From Leucoraja erinacea (Eukaryota), in assembly GCF_028641065.1 (NCBI RefSeq), contig NC_073384.1:17112001-17176000 (forward strand): a DNA stretch of 64,000 nt, in the 5' to 3' direction. The position numbers were made by a program, and so were the translations under genes. Of this stretch, positions 25,720-37,991 are shown piece after piece. The notes below the pieces were generated by a model. The model was not told where the DNA came from and searched no databases. It saw nothing but the letters and a program-made list of their open reading frames with translations. Within the stretch, counting starts at the first letter, position 1. Each line of letters opens with the position of its first letter.

Positions 25720-27297
25720 AGCTATATAGCATGGAAACAGACTCTTAAGCCCACCTTGTCCATGTCAACCAAGTTGTCATTCTGGGCTAATTCCACTTAC
25801 CTGCATTTGGCCCTCTCGACCCTTCCTATTCAAATATCTGTCCAAATGTTCTTTGAAAGTCGTAACTGTATCGGATTCTACAGCTTTCTCTGGCAACTCA
25901 TTTGGGAAATGGACTGTCAGCATGAAAAAGTTGCTTCTAAAGGTCCCTCAAAAAGTTCTCACCTCTCACCTCAAACATATACCCTTTAGTTTTACAATCC
26001 TCTACCATGGGTAAAGGACTGTGAGCATTCACTGTATCCATGTCCCTCATCATCTTGAACACCACAATAAGACCGACAACCCCACAGACTCCTACGCTCC
26101 AAATATGAAAGTTCCAGCCAACGCACCTCTCCTTCGAGATTTGCTGCCCGACCAAGTTGCTGCTCTCTGCCCAGCATAGTCAGGTGAATTCCCGGGATGG
26201 CAGAACTGACATATGATGAAAGAATGGATTGACTGGGCTTATATTCACTGGAATTTAGAAGGATGAGATCTAATAGAAACAAATAACATTCTTAAGGGAT
26301 TGGACAGGTTAGATGCAGGAAAAATGTTCCTGGTGTTGGGGGAGTCCAGAACCAGGGGTCACAGTTTCAGAATATGGGGTAGGCCATTTAGGACTGATCT
26401 CAGGGGGTGGAAGATTGCGACCTTCACGTGGTCCGCCCTGTTTCGACGAATGCAATCAAGCCGGCATGCACAATCAAATAAGATCAATAGAACAAGTTGT
26501 GCTATAACTTTGGCTATACGAGCGTGAGTATTTCACCCAGAGTTGTGAATCTGTGGAATTCTCTGCCACAGAAGGCAGTGGAGGCAAATTCACTGGATGT
26601 ATTCACCTTAGAATCAAGGGATATGGGGAGAACAGTGGAACGGGGTACTGATTTTGGGGAACCATGATCATACCAAAAAATTCATAGCAAAAGGATTTGA
26701 GTTCATAGCAAAATAATTTGAGTATATTCTACTGCAGTTGTACAGGACCTTGGTGAGGCCACACTTGGAGTAGACTCCTAATCAGAGGAAAGACATTCTT
26801 GCCATAGAGGTAGTACAGAGAAGGTTCACCAGACTGATTCCTGGGATGGCAGGAGTTTCATATGAAGAAAGACTGGATAGACTCGGCTTGAAGTCGCTAG
26901 AATTTAGAAGATTGAGGGTGATCTTAAAGAAACTTACAAAATTCTTAAGGGGTTGGACAGGCTAGATGCAGGAAGATTGTTCCCAATGTTGGGGATGTCC
27001 AGAACAAGGAGTCACAGTTTAAGGATAAGGGGGAAGTCTTTTAGGACCGAGATGAGAACATTTTTTTTCACACAAAGAGTGGTGAATCTGTGGAATTCTC
27101 TGTCACAAAAAGTAGTTGAGGCCAGTTCATTGGCTACATTTAAGAGGGAGTTAGATGTGGCCCTTGTGGCTAAAGGGATCAGGGGGTATGGAGGGAAGGC
27201 AGGTACAGGATACTGAGTTGGATGATTAGCCATGATCATATTGAATGGCGGTGCAGGCTCGAAGGGCCGAATGGCCTACTCCCACACCTATTTTCCA
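25720..27297. mobile_element. Cluster of CR1 3' fragments (minus ~25720-26110; plus ~26180-27297)
   Basis: DRLDAG..FP..G.SRTR.H and NLWNSL motifs; CR1 3' UTR sequence. Confidence 0.8.
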
Positions 27298-29143
27298 CAG
27301 CGCATTCCGAAAGTATTCAGACCCATTCACTTTTTCCACATTTTGTTATGTTACAGCCTTATTTAAAAATGGAGTAAATTCATTTTTTTCATCATCAATC
27401 TACACACAATACCCCAGAACAAAGAAACAAAAACTGGTGTTTAGAAATTTTTGCAAAGTATTTAAAAATAAATAACTGAAATATCACATTTACATAAGTA
27501 TTTAGACCCTTTGCTTTGACACTCAAAATTGAGCATAGGTTCATCCTGTTTCCATTGATTATCCTTGAGATGTTTCTACAACTTGATTAGAGTCCATCAG
27601 TGGTAAATTAAATTGATTGGACATGATTTGGAAAGGCACACACCTGTCTATATAAGGTCCCCCAGTTGACAGTACTTCAGAGCAAAAACCAAGCCATGAA
27701 GATGAAGGAATTGTCCGTAGACCTCCGAGACAGAACTGTGTCGAGACACAATAGACAATAGATAATATGTGCTGGAGAAAGCCATTAGGCCCTTCGAGCC
27801 AGTACCGCCATTCAATGTGATCATGGCTGATCATCCCCAATCAGTAGCCCATTCCTGCTTTCTCCCCACATCCCCTATCTAGCTCTCACTTGAAACCAGC
27901 CAGAGAACCTGCCTCCACCAGAGGCAGAGAATTCCACAGACTCACCACTGTCTGTGAGAAAAAGAGTTTCCTCGTCTCCGTTCTAAATGGCTTACTCCTT
28001 ATTCTTAAAGATCTGGGAAGGGTATAAAATAAACTCTGCAGCATTGCAGGTCCCGAAGAGCACAGTGGCCTCAGTCATTCTTAACTTTGGAACCACCAGG
28101 ACTTTTCATAGAGCTGGCTGCCCGGCCAAACTGAGCAATCGGGTGAGAAGAGCCTTGGTCAGGGAGGTGACCAAGAACCCGATGGTCACTCTGACAGATC
28201 CCCAGAGTTCCTCTGTGGAGATGGAAGAACCTTCCAGAAGGACAACTATATCTGCAGCACTCCACCAATATGATAGATTGGTCAGACGGAAGCCACTCCT
28301 CAGTAAAACGCACATGACAGCCCGCTTGGAGTTTGCCAAATGGCATGAGAAACAAGATTCTCTGGTCCGATGAAACCAAGATTGAACTCTTTGGCCTGAA
28401 TGCCACGCATCATGTCTGGAGGAAACCAGGCTCCGCTCATCACCTGCCCAATACCATACCTACCGTGAAGTATGGTGGTGGCAGCATCATGCTGTGGGGA
28501 TGTTTTTTAGCGGCAGGAACTGGGAGACTATTCAGGATCGAGGGAAAGATGAATGGAACAAAGTACAGAGATTTCCTTGATGAAAACCTGCTCCACAGCG
28601 TCCTGGACCTCAGACTGGGGTGGAGGTTTACCTTTGAACAGGACAACAACCCTAAGCACACAGCCAAGACAACGCAGGAGTGGCTTCGTGACAAGTCTGT
28701 GAATGTCCATGTCGCCCAACCAGAGCCCGGACTTGAACCCGATCGAACATCTCTGGAGAGACCTGAAAATAGCTGTGCACCGATGCTCCCCATCCAACCT
28801 GACAGAGCTTGAGAGGATCTGCAGAGAATAATGGGAGAAATTATCCAAATACATGTGTGCCAAGCTTGGAGCGTCATACCCAAGAAGACATGGCTGTAAT
28901 CGCTGCCAAAGGTGCCTCAACAAAGTACTAAAGGATCTGAATACTTATGTATATGTGATGTTTCAGTTATTTCTTTTCAATTACTTTGCAAATTTTTCTA
29001 AACACCTGCTTTTGCTTTTTTATTATGGGATATTGTGTGTAGATTGATGATAAAGAAATGAATTTAATCCAGTTTAGAATAAGGCTGTCACACAACAACA
29101 TGTGGAAAAAGTGAAGGGTTCTGAATACTTTCTGAATGCACTG
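27298..29143 (+). mobile_element. Tc1-like transposon with long (~200 bp) TIRs; decayed DD34E transposase; CR1 3' fragment inserted at ~27748-28008
   Basis: CAG(C/T)GCATTC.GAAAGTATTCAGA.CC termini; TA at 29144-29145; motifs [39 protein letters not shown]. Confidence 0.92.
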
Positions 29144-29375
29144 TATGTTTCTATGTTCTATGTTTCTATAGAGAACCAATTAAAATCGGGAACACTTCAG
29201 TAAGACCCCACTTTCACCACAATACTGAAGGCAACTTAAGTCTTGTAACTTTTGCCCAAAAAAATTAACCCTGCTTCACCCTGACGGTAATTAAGGTAAG
29301 AATGAGGTTGAGTTCTTGCTTAGTGACAGATGCCCTCTCTCTGATGTCATTGTGACCAATCACTGAAGGATGTGG

Positions 29376-29464
29376 TCAGGGAATGCGAGTTTCATCTTGA
29401 TCACTATCGTCTAATCCCCAACAATTCACGGAACAGCTTTTGTTGGAAATGTCAGAGACAATAT
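29376..29464 (-). pseudogene. Candidate terminal cytoplasmic exon of the VJ-receptor gene (copy A only)
   Basis: Acceptor TTTGGTTACAG| then (D)IVSDISNKSCSVNCWGLDDSDQDETRIP*; phase 1 fits the upstream 42-bp exon; non-repeat context. Confidence 0.35.
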
Positions 29465-29727
29465 CTGTAACCAAATATTGAATTAGAAATTGACTTGCTC
29501 TGGATCTTTTCACCCGGATTAAATACTCAGTGTTACCAGGATCCCAAGGCTGTGTGTTCATAGCCAGTTAATCCGACTCCGTGATGGGTGTTAATTTACT
29601 CTCTGAACCAAACATGTAGTCAGACTGAAGTCCTGTCGGCCCATCTGCACGCTAGTCATTCTTGCCTGAAACCTCAACCTTTCTGCAGCAGTTGACAGAT
29701 ATCACATGGTGCAGATGCGTCATATAA

Positions 29728-30460
29728 CAACACAACAATACAATACGGTTTATTTGTCACATTGCACATAAAGTGCAAATGAAATGAAGCTGTCAGCAGC
29801 GGTTCATGATAAAAAAACACACACAAAAAACACAATAAAAATTTAACATAAACATCCACCACAGCATTCATCACTGTGGTGGAAGGCACAAATTTGGCCA
29901 GTCCTCCTCCAATTTCCCCCGTGGTAACCTTAACCCTGGACAGCCGTTGCTGCGGGCACCAGATGGCAAAAGGACAAGGTACAAGTCCAGGTAAGTACCA
30001 GGATCGGCTCTTCCCCACAAGACCGCGGCTTTAAGTTGGTGTAGAAAGCAGGCCGGCGGGTCGAGATTTAAAGTTTTAAAGTACCCGCCGCGCCGCACCC
30101 AGAAGCACCGCAGACCGCAGGGCCGGGCGGTCGAAGCTCCCCTCAGGGGTGATTGGTAAGTCGCCACTGCGCCCGCGTGGAGAAGTTGGCCAAATGCCGG
30201 CAGTGATGGCTTCTTCTTCCCCAGGGTCAAAAGTAGGAGGGATCCCGGGTTGTAGTCTCCGCACCAGCTGGAGCTGTGCAGAAGCTGGCTTCAGGCTGCC
30301 GGTTACCCCGTGCCAGCGAACGGAGCGCTCCCTCCAGCGAGCCCCCCAGCGAGGGCTCACACGCTCCACGCCGAGAGTCCATGCTGCGCCCGCCTTTGAA
30401 GCCCAATACCGCAATACTCCGGGAAAGGCCGCGCCGATCCTTTCTGTTAGGCCACGGTTC
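29728..30460 (-). mobile_element. GC-rich non-coding retroelement derivative with AATAAA and (TATTG)n tail
   Basis: Reverse tail CAACAATACAATAC..TTTATT; related sequence at 50976-51470; no credible protein. Confidence 0.45.
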
Positions 30461-32061
30461 GGACCCAACTCAAAACTATCCTGAATTTTTAGGACATATT
30501 GTGGTTTCACCCTATAATATAATCACCACCTGACAACTCGTCACAAAAAAAACACCTGCAAATTTTTTTTAAATATACAAAAAAAAAAATTAAAAAGTAG
30601 TAATTGTCCAATCAATGCACGACAGACACCGCCATTGCAGCGCCCCAAATTGTAGTCATTCCCGCATACTGTTTGTTTTATGGTCGATAGGCAGCGAGGA
30701 CTGAGTGGGATCATGGCTGACTCCTCATTACAAAACACAGCAATAACAAGGTTTAGCAAGGATCAAAGGTAATGCTTCAACCTTGTAAATTTTGTACTTT
30801 TCTTGATTTATCTATATGGCGTTTGGGATCTGCCTGGTGATCTCCTGAATTCTACAACACAACACAATTAACAAATTTGGCCAGCTAGGGTTGGCTTAGG
30901 GTTAGGTTCAGGGTTAGGGTCAGCTGGCAGGTCGGTTCATTGTCGTAGGCCGATGGATGCTGTGGAGGATCGGTCGATGGAACGGACCGCAAGTGGATGC
31001 TAAGAAAAATATGGTTTCTCCTGAAAACCTGCTAGTTTAATGCTGGACGAGGGGTCATGTCACGCAGTTGGTAGGCCTGTTTCAGGAGAGCTGCAAGTAC
31101 TCGGTCAGGTTGTCATCAAAGGCCGGGGAGAGCAACGAGAAAGCATTCGGAAACGGATATGGCGCATGAACCTGCTGACTGTGGCCTGGGCAGCATCCAA
31201 GGCAGTTTTACTCCCCACCATCATCAGACAAATGTTGAAGTAGTTGTGGCCGAGGTGGAGCTGATGGCCAAATGTTTGGCCAGGAAAGGATGGTTCCAAG
31301 CAGCACAAAAGTAGGAGAGATCCTGAGGTTGATCTCCTCTCAGGTTCAAGGGTTAGGGTTAGGCATTTTCCTCTCAGCTGGAACCTTCAGTGGATTGTGT
31401 CCCACCCCACTATGTGCTCCCACATTCCTGCACACAAGTAGTGTGGGGTGTCAGTAACAGGGGAAACCAGAAGCACCATGCCCATCAACCATACCCAATA
31501 GGCTGGTTCGGAGCTGGACCTCTGCGCACTCAGTCCAAAAGCGCAAAAAATTATATCCTGAATTTATTATATTAATTATATTATTTTATATATATAATTA
31601 TACATAATTAACTCGTCAAGAATACAGCACATTTTATCACAAATCATATATAAAAAACTTCCAATAATATATAGAGTTTAGTAATTGCATCATGGAAATA
31701 ATGCACCTTTGACATTGAGGGCATTGACACTAGATGGACCATTTTTTAACTCATTTTCTAATTATGGTTGCTAGGCAGCGAGGACTCTGGGATCATGTGA
31801 CTCCTCATTACATTTTAGCAATAACAAGGTTCCAAGGATAAAGGTAATGCTAACCTTGTTGATACTTCCTTCTTCATTTTGTTTTGTGCAATTGATTTCT
31901 GAGATACAAAAGTTTTTAGATGCTCGGCCACAGCCTACAATTATCCACAAACCTAGTACAGCTAAAGTACCTGATGGGAAGCTTCAGGGTTATAGCAGGG
32001 TCATCATGGAGAAGGGTCCCAGCACAGGTCTGCTTATCACAGAAAACTATCAGAAACTCAC

Positions 32062-32131
32062 CGGGACATTTCTTGCCACGGATATGTTTTCATAATCTGC
32101 TCCTGGGGTCTGATTATCATCCACATCCAGG
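32062..32131 (-). pseudogene. Cytoplasmic exon (DYENI), copy A, frameshifted near the acceptor
   Basis: ...DDNQTPGADYENISVARNVP|GTGAGT; paralogue of 53931-54004. Confidence 0.7.
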
Positions 32132-32210
32132 CTTGTGAAAATAGAGAATAAGGTCCCACAATGAGCAGCCTCGGAGCTGGAATCCCACTTTGCTACCCAA
32201 CAGCATAATG

Positions 32211-33600
32211 TAGCAATGTTACAAAATTTTGAGATTTTAAAAATCAAGTCTGCAATTTATCCCATCAGATAAAGCATAACAACAAGTTTAATTTGACACC
32301 AAATTCACTTTCATATCTCAAGTATTAAAAAAGTTATGGCCATTTTCCATACTCGGCATCTGGTAGGCCTGTGGATTGCTGTTACTAGGGATTCAATGGT
32401 CAAAAGCTGTGATCTTGGATAGTCAAAAACCCGTAACTTTCTTAAGAATTAAGAGAACTGAATGAAATTTTGGCCTATCATAGATTGAAGGTGGCCTGAA
32501 AAAATATCAAACAATCTTCCTTGGATGACATGAAATCCAAAGCATATAATTAGCTAACTACCTAAGTGTAGCTAATTACAAAATTGACCGCAGTGACAGA
32601 AATGGTAATAAACAACCCAGACTGCCTTGAAAATTCAAAAAGCTCTGATAATTCTCAAGATCAGAACTTTAATATTATTGTATAATATGCTGTAAGTCAG
32701 TTATGGATAGGTAAATTAAATTTTCAATTTCTAGCAAAAGACCAAGTCTTTATGGAGAAGATCCCCATGCTAGCTGGTACAGTGGGGTTATCAGTAAACA
32801 GTAGCATCATCATACTCCTCAGACCTCACCCAATAAGCAGGCTGGTTCAGGAGCTGGAAAAAAAGGTCAGATTTTCACTCAGTCAAAAAAGCGCAAAAAA
32901 TTATAAAGTTATAAAACAAATAGTAAATATTAAAAAAGAAAATATAATATAAAAATACATAACTAGATATGAAACATCTATCCACAAGTCTATATAGCAT
33001 ATGGTGTCCAAAGATTATTCAAAAATAATTCACAATATAACATGCTTTTTATATCTAATTTACATTAATTTATAGGCCAAATGGAAGGAATTTAGTGTTC
33101 AATTGCTGTAAATAAATGCCCATTTAAATCGGCTTTCTAGTGTGTCCATGTGAACGCGCGCTGGATTAGTGCCCTCAAATGCTAAGAAAAATACTGCGGG
33201 ATATAAAAAGCCCAAAATGAACTACTCGCTATAGATAACTTTATATACAGGGTTATATGCAAGCCCCATTTAATGTAAAAATAAGGTACATACCTTTAAC
33301 AAAGCTTTGCTTTATAAAACCTGATGGGCTGCGAGAGGTTGCGAACCATGAGGGAGAGGGATTTTAAAACAGGTATGCTTATTCACAGAAATATAAACTC
33401 ATCGAGTCATAAAACTCACCTTTTGCGACCGGGTCTTGCAGCGATTTTTCTTCAAATGATTTACTAGGCTGAACATCTGCGATTAGAACAGCCTAGTAAA
33501 AATCGCGTTTTAAAACCGCCCCCTCCAACAGCGCCAAATTCACCCACATGGCTTTGGGCAGATTCCCAATGACGATTCAGGTAGGTTTGTACCATACCTA
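32211..33600. mobile_element. 1.39-kb non-autonomous TIR element with 7-bp TSD
   Basis: TAGCAATGTTACAAA ... TTTGTACCATACCTA; TSD CATAATG (32204-32210, 33601-33607); empty site CAGCATAATGACGG at ~54073-54086. Confidence 0.93.
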
Positions 33601-33694
33601 CATAATGACGGCTTTTTGACAATCGGAACCAGCCCTTCCGATTTCACTAACCACACAGCAATCAGCTCAGGCTGAATTATTTAGTTACACATAC

Positions 33695-33826
33695 AGGACT
33701 GGTGCTTCCAGATGCTCTGCGTCTGATGAGGCAAATGGCTCCAGTAACAGCAAGAACTCCCAGCACCAAAGGTAGAATGATCCAGGCAAGGTATCACCGC
33801 AACTTGATTCTCCTTCATTTGAGAAA
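33695..33826 (-). pseudogene. Transmembrane exon, copy A (two small deletions relative to copy B)
   Basis: TTTCTTTGCAG| acceptor and |GTATGT donor; 132 bp versus 135 bp in copy B. Confidence 0.75.
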
Positions 33827-34279
33827 CTGCAAAGAAATCACATCATTGGGTCAGCATCAGGGAAAAGTAATGTCAGTGCAGAAGGAAGCCACTTGGCCCA
33901 TTGTTCTGTGCCAGCTCTTTGAAAGAGTGATCCACTGATCCTAACCCACTTATTTCCCCATCCTGCAATAGGTTCTCACTGGAATTTATCCAATTCCTAG
34001 TGGAATATTGCTATTCAACCAACGTCCACCAGCTGACCCAACTGGCCACTGAAAAAAGCGAAGTTCCCAGAGGCACCATGTTCCTTCAACTTTCATTGAC
34101 CATTCTGATATAAATGTACTGTAATAAAGGAAAGAAGGGGAGCACCGAGTGTTCACCAGTGCATTTACCTGGCCATGTATTGGAATACATCTTAATGAAC
34201 CAAATAAGCATTAATTTAGAAATCATTAAATGTCAGCATGCTTCAATTGTGTCCCGTTGTAACAGTGCGGAGGTGAAAT

Positions 34280-35060
34280 AGGGAGGTCAGGGTATCAGTG
34301 GAGGGGGATTAAAGTGGTGACAACAGGAAGCTCAAGGTCACTCCTGTAGATGAAGTGGAAATACTCCCCAAAGCATTCACTCCATCTGTGTAGAAATGAA
34401 CTGCAGATGCTGGTTTATGCTGAAGACAGGCAAAAAGTGTTGGAGTTACTCAGCGGGTCAGGCAGTATCTCTGAATAAAAAGGATGGGTGACGTTTTTGG
34501 GTTAGAACCCATGTGTACACCCTGCACTGTTACACTGTCTGAAAAACGTTTCTGATCTGACCCATCTTTTTTCACCAGAAATGCTGCCTGACCCACTGAG
34601 TTACTCCAGCACTTTGTGTCAACTATGTTTAATTTCCTCCATGTGGAAGAGACCACGCAGAGAACCACCAAATGCAGTACATCCGTTGGAAAAAAGTGCA
34701 AGTCATTCATTGCTTAACCTGGGAAGGCTATTTGTGGCCCTGGACGGTGGGAAGGGAAGAGGTGAAAAGTCAAGTGTGCTCTTCTCCTGTGTTTTTGCAT
34801 GGAGACATGCCGCATGAGTGCGAGTGGTTGTTGGGGACGGACGAGGGATTTTATTGGATCTGGTGAAAAATGCAAAGAATGATCGGATAAATATGACAGG
34901 TTCCTGGGTGGAAGGTAAGGAGCAAGGGAAACTATGATCTTATCCATTCCTGGAAAGATGAAGAGTGAGAGCATAGATGTGGGAAAATCAATAAGATGTG
35001 ATTAAGGACTCTGTCCACTCCAGTAGAGGAGAAGCCACTGTTCAGAAAGAAGGAAGACAT
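34280..35060. mobile_element. Penelope-like remnants with a fold-back sub-element (~34392-34620); paralogue at ~54755-55535
   Basis: Inverted arms TGGAGTTACTCAGCGGGTCAGGCAG / CTGCCTGACCCACTGAGTTACTCCA, like those at 8656-8832. Confidence 0.6.
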
Positions 35061-36418
35061 TTCAGTGGCATCACTCAGGGTAACTTATTGTTTCTTCCCA
35101 TCACCATTTTAGCACAGTTTGTCCTGCTAGATGTGTCCTTGAGCACATTATTAACAACACATCTCACAGCCAAGGAAGCATAATATGCTTACACATCCTC
35201 ACATTGAATTCAATCAGAGATATTTCCTTTGTACTACCGATTCCTTCCTTCTCACAGAAATGTTTTACTTCTGTTTTTCTTTCTCCACAGATGCTGCCTG
35301 GCCTTCTGGTGGTCACAGGGATAACATATAGACTCCGTACAGACAGCACTCCTAGTCAGGATTGAGTCGGGGTCTTTGGCGCTGTAAGACAGCAACTCCA
35401 CCGCTACGCCACTGTGCCGCCCCATTGACCATAAATCTGTATATTTAAAAATGGTTACGTAAAATGACAGAGATAGGTTGGAATAGGGGGCTTACTTTGG
35501 GGGGAGGGCAATTTCACAACATTAAGCCAGGACCTGGCAAATTTGCTATCTATGTCAAAATCTGCACAGTGGGAAGCATTCAAAGGAGAAAAAAAACAAG
35601 AACTTAAGGTCAACATATTTGTGTAAGGGTGATTGTCAAAAGTAACAAGAATAGGGAACCAAGGATGCAGAGGGTTGGATAAAGAGAAAATAGGAAGCAT
35701 ATAGCTAACGGGGCCGGCAAGTGGGAGTGCAGCAGGCCCGAGTGGTGAAAAGAAAATGTAATTTTTTAAAGGGAAATACTTTGTCAAATCGAACGAAAAT
35801 CGCTACATCACACTCCAGGCGAATAGTGAGTAAATTGGGCCTAAAATAGTTTGCGCTATTGTGTACTGTTTTGCGTGGGAAATCCCGGGGAGACATGGGG
35901 ACAACACGTCCCCTCCATGTTTTGAGAGGTGGGGGACATGTTTTGGAATCCGGATTTTGAAATTCGGCTAAAAAAAAAATCTACTAAAAATCTCCGCTTT
36001 CCGCAAGACAGAGGGGGTGGGACGGATGTTCGAGGGCGTCGATTGGACTAGAGAGATGCCGGTTAGCAAGCAATGGGGGGGGGGGGGGGGGGGGACATGA
36101 TGATTCAGGCGATGGGAGGGGGAGGAGAGAGTGTCGGTTCAGAGGCGGAAGTAGGGGGGTGGGACTGAGTATAAAGCGCGGTGATTGGAGGAGGGAGGCG
36201 TCCTAGTGGAGCAAAGATCATAGAGCGGAGCATTAATCGGTCCGTTCGCAGGGCCTTTCATCACCCGGCACAGACTGAAATCGGCCTCGGGCGATGAAAG
36301 GCCCCGTGAATGGGTCGATTCAAGCCCCACGATTCGGGGCGGACGAAGCTGCTGTTGCTGGAGTTTGGAGTTGGTCAACAACCAGGTCAGATCCCGATGT
36401 TATCGTGCACAGGGCCAA

Positions 36419-37891
36419 AAGGAAATTCAATTTGGAATCCTGTATAACTGTGCAGCAATACAACTGATCGGATGTTATTCGTTGACATTCGTGCCAAAAA
36501 ACAAGTGTAATCTATTACCAACTCGTAACTCATCCACACACCCCATGTTTCGGAAAGAACCAGACCACATGGTTACCAGTGGTCTTATGGTAAGCCCAAA
36601 GGCCCCTGATGCGGATTCTGTTTCCATCCTCAGGTTCTAATTCCTTCCTTGAATTGGAGGATAGGACTGCTGGGGTGAGGTGGATTGCACATTTTCCTCT
36701 CAGGGCCGGCTTGGGCATTTGGACTAAAAATGACATCTGCCCAGAGAATCAGCTTTCAAGCTGCCACCAGCTTCAGTGAAACCACTTACGGCCGATGGAG
36801 GTGTAGGGGTGTTGTCGCCCAAAACGGTGAGGCTTTTGCCATCGTAGGTACCGTGATAGTCTGACAGCTTTACTTCCTCATCCAGGTTTTTTAACTGTTT
36901 GGCTAGGTCTTCTCCAAGGAGAAGATTTGGCGGCTGGACATTGCTGGGCCTCGCCATCCATAGTCCCCAGATAGCGCTGTCAGCTGCGGCACTTTGTTCC
37001 TTTTTGTTTGTTAATGATGTGATGTGTGTGAGGTCACTGATGTTACCAAGCTGGTAATGTGAGGGGAAATTCTGCACCCCCCCCCCCCCCCCCACCCCCC
37101 GGTTTTCTGCTAGGCTGGAAGCCAACGCTTCCTTGCAGCGGCCCTCCGTTTGCGTTGGATATCGGTAACCCTGATGCCCATAACCGGATTCTTGAACCTC
37201 ACGCATGCCACTCAGTAGGTTTCACAAAACATACGTCCAAGTTTGTAGTCAGTCCACACACTGACCCTCGCAACTCCCCTCCACAGAGAAGGAGATGTCG
37301 TAAGCAGCCCGAAAACAGACGCTGATGAAGGGTCCCCGATAAGACATTGCGCTGATAGGACCCGTCCACGGGAATCAATAAGGATGGAGCATCTCCTCAG
37401 TGGGATGAACGTGACCTGCGGACATGTCAGCCGATGCTCCACCTGGGTAAAACGTCCTCGAAGACGTGACACGATGGAGGGGGAACCGCTCATTTACCCT
37501 TCAAAGCAGGATGGCGTGTGGTGGTAATGTTCAACACGACATACCACCGAACTACGAGCCAGCCCAAAACTGACTGCCTACGCTCCCTACATCAGAGAGG
37601 GAGAATAAAGGCAGCCCGGCCACCAGGCGGCTTTGCAGCCGCAGGAGGCACCGCGTATTAGGACGTCCGTACATTGGTGTTTATCATGGTGGGCCTTGCC
37701 ATGAGATGACTCCAATGTCCGGGAAGACATCCGCAGACGGTCCACAGCAGGAGGGGAACCCTCAAGGGCCGGACCGGAAGAGTAAACCGGCTGACGAGAG
37801 TGGACCCCCAACGTGGAGCCGGATCCATGCAGTCTCCTAGCGGGTTTCAGAGAGACAGGATTTAGACCCAGGAAAGTATCAGGCAGGAACT
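36419..37891 (-). mobile_element. DIRS-like (tyrosine-recombinase retrotransposon) gag / RT-start remnant, noisy sequence
   Basis: Minus-strand LLLGEDLAKQLKNLDEEVK resembles the DIRS ORF1 C-terminus; GFQIEF-like RT-proximal motif at ~36422-36442. Confidence 0.45.
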
Positions 37892-37991
37892 NNNNNNNNN
37901 NNNNNNNNNNNNNNNNNNNNNNNNNNNNNNNNNNNNNNNNNNNNNNNNNNNNNNNNNNNNNNNNNNNNNNNNNNNNNNNNNNNNNNNNNNN
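37892..37991. other. Assembly gap (100 N)
   Basis: Exactly 100 Ns, typical of a scaffold join of unknown size. Confidence 0.98.

Larger units (their letters stand above)
19013..36418 (+). repeat. Segmental duplication, copy A
   Basis: Colinear with 38281-56867 across MITE, CR1, Tc1, receptor exons and Penelope remnants; similarity ends at ...GTGCACAGGGCCAA. Confidence 0.9.
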
